Shown in pieces: positions 1 to 6,801 of a stretch of DNA of 30,081 bases. A program made the translations under genes and the position numbers. This DNA comes from a virus. Each line of letters opens with the position of its first letter. The stretch's first letter is position 1. Location: the IMG/VR virus record IMGVR_UViG_3300045988_041245, positions 1 through 30,081 of that record. One strand, 5' to 3'. The notes under the pieces are model-generated. The model saw only the letters and a list, made by a program, of their open reading frames with translations, did no database searches and was not told where the DNA came from.

Positions 1-77
1 TTGTCGTAGTACCCTACCTTGATTGTCGTAGTACCCTACCTTGATTGTCGTAGTACCCTACCTTGATTGTCGTAGTA
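1..77. repeat. 22-bp tandem direct repeat TTGTCGTAGTACCCTACCTTGA, 3.5 copies; identical to 30005..30081
   Basis: Read directly: three full units plus an 11-nt partial unit. The same 77 nt recur at the other end of the window. Each unit contains a small GTAG-N4-CTAC inverted repeat. Confidence 0.95.
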
Positions 78-101
78 GGCCTGGCCGCATAATCTGTCAC
101 C

Positions 102-144
102 ATACTCTAGAGGGATACTCTAGGGGATACTCTAGGGGATACTA
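102..144. repeat. 12-13-bp tandem repeat ATACTCTAG(A)GGG, about 3.5 copies
   Basis: Read directly: atactctagaggg / atactctagggg / atactctagggg / atacta. It starts 25 bp after the 22-bp array. Confidence 0.9.
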
Positions 145-151
145 AAAGTAA

Positions 152-174
152 GACGGCTCCCCGCTGGGAGCCGT
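152..174 (-). terminator. Hairpin ACGGCTCCC-N5-GGGAGCCGT; weak minus-strand terminator candidate
   Basis: Perfect 9-bp stem. On the minus strand it is followed by CTTACTTTTAG. No T-tract follows on the + strand. Confidence 0.3.
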
Positions 175-646
175 ATCGCGGTCCGGAGGCGAGCCAATCC
201 AAACCCCAAGGGATCGAAAGCCTAGAGCGATCGGATCCTAGCCTCGATAGCTTCGGGACTGCGGAGTGGAGCCATGGAATCTGACCTGATGCTTTCAAAG
301 CTCCTCCCATGGCTACGGGCATCGAGGTGGATGCCACCTGGTCTCGATGCTGCCCTTCGGGCCTTGGTCCCGATGCTCGGCCTGAATGGGCAAGGAGAGG
401 AGTCGGCCCGTGTCTGGCTTGGGTGGTTCTCTCACGTCTTGGTGTTCTCGATGCCTTTTCGGTGCTGTTTTGGGCTGGAACGTCACTTTTGTGCGTAAAT
501 GCCTTTCTGACGGGCTGTCGTGGGTGAGTCCTGACGAGTTATCGGGTTTGGCGTGTAAATCGGTCTGAGTGGCCTTTACGTGCGTTCTGGAGGCATGTGC
601 GATAAAAAGCGTGCGGGAGGAATGCCCTGGGATGCGTGGATGACGC

Positions 647-686
647 AAAAGAAAACCCCATCACGGCACGATGTGCTATGATGGGG
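647..686 (-). terminator. Rho-independent terminator-like hairpin on the minus strand
   Basis: About 13-bp interrupted stem (656-669/673-686). On the minus strand it is followed by TTTTCTTTT (complement of 647-655). No annotated minus-strand gene lies upstream of it. Confidence 0.5.
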
Positions 687-1152
687 TGAGTAATAATCGC
701 AAAATCCAAGTCTACCACATACATACTTGGGTGCGGAGGCACGACAACTCCCTAGCAATACCCCGGGCTCTAGGTTAATGGGGCGACCACCAAACCTGGT
801 TGATACACACGTTAGAGGTGCAGGTTCAACCGACCCAACAGACGATGGTGGAATAACCGGGGTGCCGACACCATCACATCAACGATGTAGCGCGATCTGC
901 TGGGGTATGCCGCACCAGTGGTAGTAATGCACCACCCTTATGACCGACGCCGTGCGAACGACCGACCGACGGAAACAGTCATGAAGCCTTAAAACGAAGC
1001 GTAAAAAACTTCGCTCTTAAGGCTTACTCTCTCTACCGGAGCTCGCTTCCTCCCTCAAGAAACTCTTCATGGCGGGTGTTGGTTGAGGCGAGGGTTGGGA
1101 CGTAGCGTACGACATGCCTGGTTGGTTTGCTTCGATGTTCTTCGATGCTTCG

Positions 1153-1161
1153 TGGTATACT
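1153..1161 (+). promoter_or_regulatory. Extended -10 promoter candidate TGGTATACT
   Basis: TGnTAnnnT pattern 35 nt upstream of the ATG at 1196. Same class as the other + strand promoter candidates. Confidence 0.4.
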
Positions 1162-1195
1162 TGAGGTAACGCAACATTAAGAAAGGAATGCAGCA

Positions 1196-1441
1196 ATGAG
1201 CGTTTACGATACTATCAACGACACTCTCGTCGAACGGTATGGCGTCCACTTCAGTGAGGAAGGCGAGCAGAAGTCGAGGAAGTTCTTCTCGGGCTTGTGC
1301 TTGAAGTTCGGTGACAAGGAAGTTATCGAGGCATGGGACACCGCATGCAAGCATTACGACAATCCGGTGACCGCGCTTTCGAAGCTTGGAGGCATTCTTT
1401 ACAATCGCAGTCTCTTCAGCTCGTTCATCGAGGAGGCCTGA
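1196..1441 (+). CDS. Hypothetical early protein (81 aa)
   Basis: ATG preceded by GAAAGGAA. First ORF after the non-coding region. No recognisable motif. Confidence 0.6.
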   Translation: MSVYDTINDTLVERYGVHFSEEGEQKSRKFFSGLCLKFGDKEVIEAWDTACKHYDNPVTALSKLGGILYNRSLFSSFIEEA

Positions 1442-1443
1442 TT

Positions 1444-1752
1444 TTGAAGGATCTTCCGTCCATGCCTAAACTGGTCGATAGACTGGGGTTTTCTACGGCG
1501 GCCGTCTACGTCCAGCTCTACGACCTCTACCGGAAACAGAGGAGGCAGCAGGGTCACTATCATGACGGCTGTTATTGGGTTCGGATGCCATACGAGGACT
1601 TTCCCCGGATGTTCCCGGAACTGCCAGCAGTCATCGTCTCCAAGGCCCTCAGAAAGCTTGAGGATGAGCGTCTGCTCAGAATGGTCCATTACGGCCGCCT
1701 CAGCTGGTATACGACAACTCGAATACGTCGGCGTGTCGTCCAGAAAACGTGA
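1444..1752 (+). CDS. Winged-helix-like DNA-binding protein (about 102 aa)
   Basis: In-frame TTG 7 nt after GAGGAGG (1430-1436); an alternative ATG lies at 1462. The sequence LGFSTAAVYVQLYDL...VSKALRKLEDERLL looks like a wHTH. I trimmed the start relative to track ORF 1333..1752. Confidence 0.55.
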   Translation: MKDLPSMPKLVDRLGFSTAAVYVQLYDLYRKQRRQQGHYHDGCYWVRMPYEDFPRMFPELPAVIVSKALRKLEDERLLRMVHYGRLSWYTTTRIRRRVVQKT

Positions 1753-1820
1753 TACACTAGAGACATACGCCATGTGACGTGCCCTACCGCTCACGTGGAG
1801 GACATTAATCACATGGCATG

Positions 1821-1876
1821 AATCCCATTGATTGCCACCGGGTAGGGCCGGTAGCAGTCAGTGGGATTTACTTTTA
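1821..1876 (+). terminator. Compound stem-loop followed by TTACTTTT (terminator/attenuator candidate)
   Basis: Outer stem 1821-1830/1859-1868 (10 bp, one G.U), inner stem 1837-1841/1848-1852, then a T-rich tail. It lies between the wHTH gene and the replisome organizer. Confidence 0.4.
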
Positions 1877-1892
1877 ACATGAGGTAAACATC

Positions 1893-2729
1893 ATGTCAGC
1901 AATCAACGACAACAACTTCATCTCAATCCAAGGATGGATGCGCACCCGCCTCAATCTCAAAGGCAACGAACTACTCATCTACGCGCTCATCTACGGCTTC
2001 TCACAGGACGGCAACTCAAGATTCACCGGCAGCCGAAAGTACATCGCCGAATGGTGTGGTTGCTCGCTTGACACCGTTGACAGGTCACTCAGCTCACTCG
2101 TAGGCAAAGGATTCCTCGCCAAATACCCACACACGGACCAGAACGGCAGCCGAGTCGTCGACTACTCCGCCATCCTGACGGTAATCGAAGCCGCCCCGGC
2201 TCACGCAGCCGCTCCGACAGCCGCACAAACCACGACTCCCCCACAGGCTCCGACACAGGCCCCATGGGCCAACACTACGAACGCAACCACCGAACAGTTC
2301 CAGACACCGACCTACGAGCCCCAGCCGCTCCTAGCCGAACCGGAACCAAAACCACAGCCAAAAAAGATACGCAAAGCCAAAAGCTTCGACGACATCATCG
2401 ACGCCTACACCAGAGACTCGACGACCAAGGAACTCCTCGGGCAATGGCTCCAGAATCGCAAAGCCAAGCGGGCCGCAATGACCGACGGAGCCATCAAAGG
2501 CAACCTCGACAAGCTCGACAAGTGCGCACAGGCGAGCCGCATGAACGTCAACGACTACCTCTCCGAGGTCATCTGCCGCGGCTGGGGCTCATTCTTCCCT
2601 ATCAACAACTACCAGCGCACCGGATACCAGAAGCCACAGCCACAGCCACAGCCAATCCAAAGCACCGCAGTCACCGTGTTACCAGACGGCCATGTCGCCG
2701 AATGCACCCCAGAAAACGGATGGTTCTAA
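1893..2729 (+). CDS. Replisome organizer / DnaD-like replication initiation protein
   Basis: N-terminal HTH (NELLIYALIYGFSQDGNSRFTGSRKYIAEWCGCSLDTVDRSLSSLVGKGFL). Pro/Thr/Ala/Gln-rich linker. C-terminal DnaD/replisome-organizer-like domain (LLGQWLQNRKAKRAAMTDGAIKGNLDKL). Sits immediately upstream of the DnaC-like loader. Confidence 0.7.
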   Translation: MSAINDNNFISIQGWMRTRLNLKGNELLIYALIYGFSQDGNSRFTGSRKYIAEWCGCSLDTVDRSLSSLVGKGFLAKYPHTDQNGSRVVDYSAILTVIEAAPAHAAAPTAAQTTTPPQAPTQAPWANTTNATTEQFQTPTYEPQPLLAEPEPKPQPKKIRKAKSFDDIIDAYTRDSTTKELLGQWLQNRKAKRAAMTDGAIKGNLDKLDKCAQASRMNVNDYLSEVICRGWGSFFPINNYQRTGYQKPQPQPQPIQSTAVTVLPDGHVAECTPENGWF

Positions 2730-2731
2730 CA

Positions 2732-2772
2732 CGACACGCCAAAAACACAATATCAACAACACGTGATATAAC
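2732..2772 (+). promoter_or_regulatory. CGACACGCC motif + ATATCA-N8-TGATAT + extended -10 candidate TGATATAAC
   Basis: CGACACGCC at 2732-2740, ATATCA at 2750-2755, TGATATAAC at 2764-2772, 31 nt upstream of the ATG at 2803. Confidence 0.35.
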
Positions 2773-2802
2773 ATTATCGTAAATAAACAGAAAGGAATAA
2801 CA

Positions 2803-3648
2803 ATGAACACCAACCTCATCGAGACCATGGCCCGAGAAGCAGGCCAAAACAGCCACTACGAAGAAGGCGACTACCTCAGCGAAGACGGCCTCCTCATGTG
2901 CGGCAAATGCCACACGCCAAAGCAATGCCGTTTCATCGCCACATGGGACGGCAAGGAGAAGAAACCATACACGCTCTGCGATTGCGCACGCGAACGCCGT
3001 GACGCCGAAGAACAGGCACGACAGGCGCAAACCCTCCGCATCGAAGTGAACAGGCTCCGCAAACTCGGCTTCCCCGACAGCGAAATGGCCGACTGGACAT
3101 TCGCCAACGACGACGGAACCGACCCAAGGACCACGAGCATCGCCCGCAAATACGTCGACAACTTCGACGAAATGAAGAAACGCGGCAAAGGACTACTCCT
3201 CTACGGTACCGTCGGCACCGGTAAGACATACGCGGCAGCCTGCATCGCTAACGAACTCATCGAACAAGGTCGCCCTTGCCTCGTAACCAACTTCGCACGA
3301 ATCACGAACACCCTCCAAGGAATGTTCGAAGGCAAGCAACGCTACCTCGACGACTTCAACCAGTTGGATCTGCTCGTCATCGACGATCTGGCCGCAGAAC
3401 GCGACACGGCCTACATGAACGAAATGATCTTCAACATCATCGATTCGAGGTACCGGAGCGGCAAACCGCTCATCGTAACAACCAACCTCACACAATCCGA
3501 ACTGACAGCCCCGGCATCCGTCGACAGACGCCGCGTCTATTCACGACTATTCGAAATGTGCGTCCCAGTCGAAGTAAACGGCATCGACAGGCGAGGAAAG
3601 AAACTCAACGACGACTCGGCCGATATGAAAAGACTCCTCGGCCTCTGA
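2803..3648 (+). CDS. DnaC/IstB-like AAA+ helicase loader
   Basis: Walker A GTVGTGKT, Walker B LLVIDDL, and SGKPLIVTTNL. N-terminal CxxC...CxC cysteines. Confidence 0.85.
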   Translation: MNTNLIETMAREAGQNSHYEEGDYLSEDGLLMCGKCHTPKQCRFIATWDGKEKKPYTLCDCARERRDAEEQARQAQTLRIEVNRLRKLGFPDSEMADWTFANDDGTDPRTTSIARKYVDNFDEMKKRGKGLLLYGTVGTGKTYAAACIANELIEQGRPCLVTNFARITNTLQGMFEGKQRYLDDFNQLDLLVIDDLAAERDTAYMNEMIFNIIDSRYRSGKPLIVTTNLTQSELTAPASVDRRRVYSRLFEMCVPVEVNGIDRRGKKLNDDSADMKRLLGL

Positions 3649-3657
3649 TAGAACCAA

Positions 3658-3690
3658 GGCGACACGTGCGAAAAGCGTGCCGCCTTTTTT
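3658..3690 (+). terminator. Rho-independent terminator
   Basis: Stem GGCGACACG/CGTGCCGCC (one A.C mismatch), 9-nt loop, T6 tail. Starts 10 nt after the loader stop codon. Confidence 0.75.
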
Positions 3691-3698
3691 GTTCCCCT

Positions 3699-3729
3699 CG
3701 GCGTGTCGCATCTCGTAACCGGGTATAGT
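3699..3729 (+). promoter_or_regulatory. CGGCGTGTCG motif + -10 candidate TATAGT
   Basis: CGGCGTGTCG at 3699-3708, TATAGT at 3724-3729, ATATCA at 3735-3740. Upstream of the ATG at 3785. Confidence 0.4.
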
Positions 3730-3784
3730 GTTAAATATCAGGCAAGGGAAACACCAAGCCACAGAAAAGAAAAGGAAACCAAAA

Positions 3785-4084
3785 ATGAGCAACCACACAC
3801 CCCTGAAAACCTTATTCGCCGCGCTCCACGGAAGCCTCCCATACGAATACGACGAGAAATACTTCAACGGCTCAGGACTGGAAGACGCCATCATAATCAG
3901 CAAAACAAGCTCGGAACGCTACATATACATCACCGCAAACATGCCCGACGACAACGCCATCTTCGACCTGACCCTATATGGCGACACCATCGACGACGAC
4001 CCAATCGAAATATGCCAATGGGACCCCGACGACCCGGACCTCACCCTCACGGCCCTCATCGCCCACATCGAAAAAACTCTCTGA
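3785..4084 (+). CDS. Small acidic hypothetical protein (99 aa)
   Basis: ATG preceded by GAAAAGGAAACC. Asp/Glu-rich (DDDPIEICQWDPDDPD). I trimmed the start relative to track ORF 3728..4084. Confidence 0.6.
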   Translation: MSNHTPLKTLFAALHGSLPYEYDEKYFNGSGLEDAIIISKTSSERYIYITANMPDDNAIFDLTLYGDTIDDDPIEICQWDPDDPDLTLTALIAHIEKTL

Positions 4085-4101
4085 CAAGAAAAGGAACAAA
4101 A

Positions 4102-4392
4102 ATGAACCTCGAACCGAACGCATTCACCACCGAAATTTCCAACACGCTAGCCGCCACCGGGAAAAACTACTTGGTAGAAACCATCAACCTCGTCGACAGC
4201 GAGACCTCATGCGAAATTACCAAACACGGCTCAACCAGGAAACTGTACATCACACCAGTCGAAGACGGCCTAATCGACATGGTCCTATTCAACGAAAAAG
4301 GAATCGCACTCGCAACATGCACACTATTCGACAAAAACGACTTAAACATCACCACTGAGGAACTCACGAACCTCATCACACTCTGCTTCTAA
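4102..4392 (+). CDS. Small hypothetical protein (96 aa)
   Basis: ATG preceded by AAAAGGAAC. It is the C-terminal part of track ORF 3703..4392, whose upstream part is Arg/His/Pro shadow sequence. Confidence 0.6.
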   Translation: MNLEPNAFTTEISNTLAATGKNYLVETINLVDSETSCEITKHGSTRKLYITPVEDGLIDMVLFNEKGIALATCTLFDKNDLNITTEELTNLITLCF

Positions 4393-4408
4393 AAGAAAAG
4401 GAAACATA

Positions 4409-4858
4409 ATGGGCAAAAAAACAAAAGAACCAATCATCGTCGACCTCAACGACGAAGACATCATGAGCTGGATCAACGAACTACGCAAAAGCCAACCATC
4501 AGCCAAAGAACGACGCAAAATCAGCGACTACAACTACTACCACCGCCACAAGGAGGAACGCGCCGAAGCAAACAAGAAATGGAGGGAAGAACACGCCGAA
4601 CAATACGCGGCAAAACAAAAGGAATACCACAGCAAGCCAAAAACCCTCAAGAAAAAAAGAGAGGCAGCCAAGGAACGATACCATACCGACAGTGAATGGC
4701 GTGAGGGAATGCTCGCCAGACAGAAAGCCAGATACCACGCGATGACCCCGGAACAAAAAGCCGAATACACCCGGAAACAAACCGAACGAGCCCGCATCCG
4801 ACGAGCCAAAGCCAAAGCGTCAAAAGCCGAAAACGAAAACAAGAGGGACCAGTCATGA
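4409..4858 (+). CDS. Highly charged Lys/Arg/Glu-rich protein with a reiterated (K/R)x(R)YH motif
   Basis: RBS AAAAGGAAAC. Motif reads YYHRHKEE, KEYHSKPK, KERYHTDSE and KARYHAMTPE at roughly regular spacing. Confidence 0.6.
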   Translation: MGKKTKEPIIVDLNDEDIMSWINELRKSQPSAKERRKISDYNYYHRHKEERAEANKKWREEHAEQYAAKQKEYHSKPKTLKKKREAAKERYHTDSEWREGMLARQKARYHAMTPEQKAEYTRKQTERARIRRAKAKASKAENENKRDQS

Positions 4859-5226
4859 ACGATAACGTGAACCATCCAAAGCATTACGCCGGCCGTAACA
4901 TCGGCTACGAATGCATCGACCTCGCACAACACCAGACATTCTGCGTCGGCAACGCGATCAAATACTTATGGCGCTACAAGGACAAGGGAAACCCAACCGA
5001 AGACCTGAAGAAAGCGTTATGGTACGCACGCCTCGCCCAGAAGAAGCTGGAACCCGTATACACAGAGGTAGGGGACTGCGAATCGATCTTGTACCTCCTA
5101 GTCGACTCCACAGCCGGGAACGAGCGCTCCGCATGGGTCGGGCTGACCTTGAACGACTGGCAGCGGACGGTGGAAGCACTCGACGAAATGATAAAGGAGA
5201 CACGAAATGAAGAGCAAGTTGGTTGA
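4855..5226 (+). CDS. DUF3310-family protein
   Basis: NHPKHY...ECIDL...GNAIKYLWRYKDKGNPTEDLKKALWYARL matches the DUF3310 signature. Its ATGA start overlaps the previous stop. Confidence 0.7.
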   Translation: MNDNVNHPKHYAGRNIGYECIDLAQHQTFCVGNAIKYLWRYKDKGNPTEDLKKALWYARLAQKKLEPVYTEVGDCESILYLLVDSTAGNERSAWVGLTLNDWQRTVEALDEMIKETRNEEQVG

Positions 5227-5383
5227 AATACCGATCGAACAACTGGCGATCGAACACTACCTATTCGACTTGGAATATCCAATCGAAAAAGTCAGCGAAA
5301 TATTAGACGTGGACAAAAACCTCGTCAAAGAAATTCACGACAAGTACATTAGATCGTCCATACCAGGAAGGAGCAACAAATGA
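5207..5383 (+). CDS. Small HTH-like protein (58 aa; below the ORF-track cutoff)
   Basis: ATG 5207 preceded by AAAGGAG. My own translation: MKSKLVEIPIEQLAIEHYLFDLEYPIEKVSEILDVDKNLVKEIHDKYIRSSIPGRSNK. Confidence 0.45.
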   Translation: MKSKLVEIPIEQLAIEHYLFDLEYPIEKVSEILDVDKNLVKEIHDKYIRSSIPGRSNK

Positions 5384-5550
5384 AGAAAACATCGAAAGAC
5401 CAGATCATCAAATGGTATGAGGACGGGCTGACGATCAACGAATTCGCCCCACTCATCCCGCAGTATTGCAGACAGGAAATTGAGGCCGTCATCAAGGAAT
5501 ACGAGAAGGACAGGGCATGGGCTCGAGTAGCAACATCCTTACTGCATTGA
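5380..5550 (+). CDS. Small HTH-like protein (56 aa; below the ORF-track cutoff)
   Basis: ATG 5380 in an ATGA overlap with the previous stop, preceded by GGAAGGAG. My own translation: MKKTSKDQIIKWYEDGLTINEFAPLIPQYCRQEIEAVIKEYEKDRAWARVATSLLH. Confidence 0.45.
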   Translation: MKKTSKDQIIKWYEDGLTINEFAPLIPQYCRQEIEAVIKEYEKDRAWARVATSLLH

Positions 5551-5613
5551 TACTCGTGCTCACCATGCTCGTCGCCTACAGGAAACGATGAAAGCTGAAA
5601 TATAAACGGTCTT

Positions 5614-5664
5614 ACGGCGTGTCTCATCAACGTGGCACGCCGTTTATGATATATTAGACATATC
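5614..5664 (+). promoter_or_regulatory. Hairpin CGGCGTG-N14-CACGCCG + extended -10 TGATATATT inside the palindrome TGATAT-N7-ATATCA
   Basis: Read directly: stem 5614-5620/5635-5641 and palindrome 5646-5651/5659-5664. About 85% identical to the module at 9280..9330. Upstream of the ATG at 5705. Confidence 0.55.
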
Positions 5665-5704
5665 AAGCAAGAAAGCTTGGACGACAAAAACGAAAGGAAA
5701 CCAA

Positions 5705-6061
5705 ATGCACAACGTAACCGAAACCCAGGCTAAAGCAATGATGCACACCATCGATGTCCGCCTCGACCAGAAAAGCCACTACGACACCGGCCACACACCA
5801 AAAGGCACCATCTACCACGTCGGCGACCACAAATACGTCACCCTCGACGACTACTCCCAAGCCTTCGAAGACTACGAATGGGCCCACAACGGAGCGGAAT
5901 GGGCATGCTACATCTACACTCTCACCAAAAACAACCCGGAACGCCTATGCTTCTACCTACAGGCATACAACATCGGAGGCATGGAATCCCTCGAAGCCAT
6001 CTACAACAACGTCACCGAAGAAACAATGATGACCGTCGTTTACCCGATCTACAAGCACTGA
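5705..6061 (+). CDS. Hypothetical protein (118 aa)
   Basis: RBS GAAAGGAAACC. First gene after promoter module B. Confidence 0.6.
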   Translation: MHNVTETQAKAMMHTIDVRLDQKSHYDTGHTPKGTIYHVGDHKYVTLDDYSQAFEDYEWAHNGAEWACYIYTLTKNNPERLCFYLQAYNIGGMESLEAIYNNVTEETMMTVVYPIYKH

Positions 6062-6089
6062 CCACCAACACCAAGAAAGGACCCCACAA

Positions 6090-6683
6090 ATGGAAAACAA
6101 CAACCTCAACAAGAAATTCATGCGAGTCCTCAACGAAGTCCCGAACTTCTCCACGGACGAGACAGCCAACGCCGGCAGCCGCACCTACAAGTACCTCAAC
6201 CTCGCCACCCTCCTCAAGAACATCAAACCCATCTTCGAGAAGAACGGCATCGCATTCTCTCAGAGAGTCACGTTCGACGGCACGGGAGACGGACGGCAGA
6301 CCCTCGGCACCGTCGAAACCATCATCTTCGACGAAAACGAACAGCAGACGGTCTGCGAATACCCATTCTTCGTCACCGGAGACCCGCAACAGGTCGGCAG
6401 CGCCATCACATACGCCCGCCGATACAGCCTTACCACCGTGCTCGGCATCTTCCCGGACAAGGACGACGACGGAGGATACGCCAAACAGCAATACGACACG
6501 GCAGGCAGGCCCATAGGAGCCGACCAGTACGCCATGCTCGTAAAGGCGATGGACACACATTCCATCCCCGGCGAAGCACGCGGCGAATTCATCTCAGGCA
6601 CTTTGAACCGGCCGGTCAAAGGCTGGGGGGGAATCACCCAAGCCGACCTAGCCAAGCTTATGGAAGCCATCAATAGGATGTGA
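6090..6683 (+). CDS. erf: Erf-family single-strand annealing protein
   Basis: YKYLNLATLLKNIKPIFEKNGIAFSQ and GSAITYARRYSLTTVLGI match the ERF superfamily signatures. Adjacent to an exonuclease gene. Confidence 0.7.
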   Translation: MENNNLNKKFMRVLNEVPNFSTDETANAGSRTYKYLNLATLLKNIKPIFEKNGIAFSQRVTFDGTGDGRQTLGTVETIIFDENEQQTVCEYPFFVTGDPQQVGSAITYARRYSLTTVLGIFPDKDDDGGYAKQQYDTAGRPIGADQYAMLVKAMDTHSIPGEARGEFISGTLNRPVKGWGGITQADLAKLMEAINRM

Positions 6684-6685
6684 CG

Positions 6686-6716
6686 AAAACCCCGGTATTA
6701 CCCGCCGGGGTTTTCT
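6686..6716 (+). terminator. Rho-independent terminator
   Basis: AAAACCCCGG-N9-CCGGGGTTTT directly after the erf stop codon. Confidence 0.75.
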
Positions 6717-6729
6717 CATACCCGTGGTG

Positions 6730-6781
6730 CGACACGCCGGCGTACCCACTCCACACCACGTGTGATATAGTAGAAATATCA
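6730..6781 (+). promoter_or_regulatory. CGACACGCCG motif + extended -10 TGATATAGT inside the perfect palindrome TGATAT-N7-ATATCA
   Basis: CGACACGCCG at 6730-6739. Palindrome at 6763-6768/6776-6781. 21 nt upstream of the ATG at 6802. Confidence 0.55.
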
Positions 6782-6801
6782 ATACAAGAAAGGAAACGGT
6801 A

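Larger units (their letters stand above)
145..1150. ncRNA. ORF-free, hairpin-dense region; candidate large structured ncRNA(s) or cis-acting replication/packaging region, class unknown
   Basis: Only short, overlapping, low-complexity ORFs on both strands, none with the GAAAGGA-type RBS used elsewhere. Helices found by eye: 268-277/307-316, 319-326/343-350 with inner 327-331/334-338, 491-503/571-583 (G.U pairs valid only on the + strand), 656-669/673-686, and 983-991/1016-1024. Confidence 0.3.

Noticed and set aside
81-108. XerC/D dif-like site (GGCCGCATAA resembles the XerC arm GGTGCGCATAA)
   Set aside because: No matching XerD arm (TTATGTTAAAT-like) follows the 6-bp spacer, so the similarity is confined to one half-site.
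1-144. CRISPR array
   Set aside because: The repeats are directly adjacent with no spacers, the units are only 22 and 12 bp, and there are no cas genes.
531-537. Hammerhead-type CUGANGA box (ctgacga), also ctgacgg at 507
   Set aside because: No appropriately placed GAAA box or helix II/III could be found around it.
107-924. Nine short ORFs (60-111 aa) on both strands in the 5' region
   Set aside because: They overlap one another and have no SD. Their composition is unlike the real genes, and their translations are low-complexity. I treated the region as non-coding.
815-935. tRNA-like fragments (GGTTCAACC T-loop-like at about 822-830; AGTGGTAG D-loop-like at about 917-924)
   Set aside because: The flanking bases do not form T- or D-stems, and no acceptor stem could be drawn. 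No tRNA is supported.
5517-5591. 24-aa hydrophobic mini-ORF (MGSSSNILTALILVLTMLVAYRKR) overlapping the end of 5380..5550
   Set aside because: It is too short to support without conservation or ribosome-profiling data. I note it only as a possibility.
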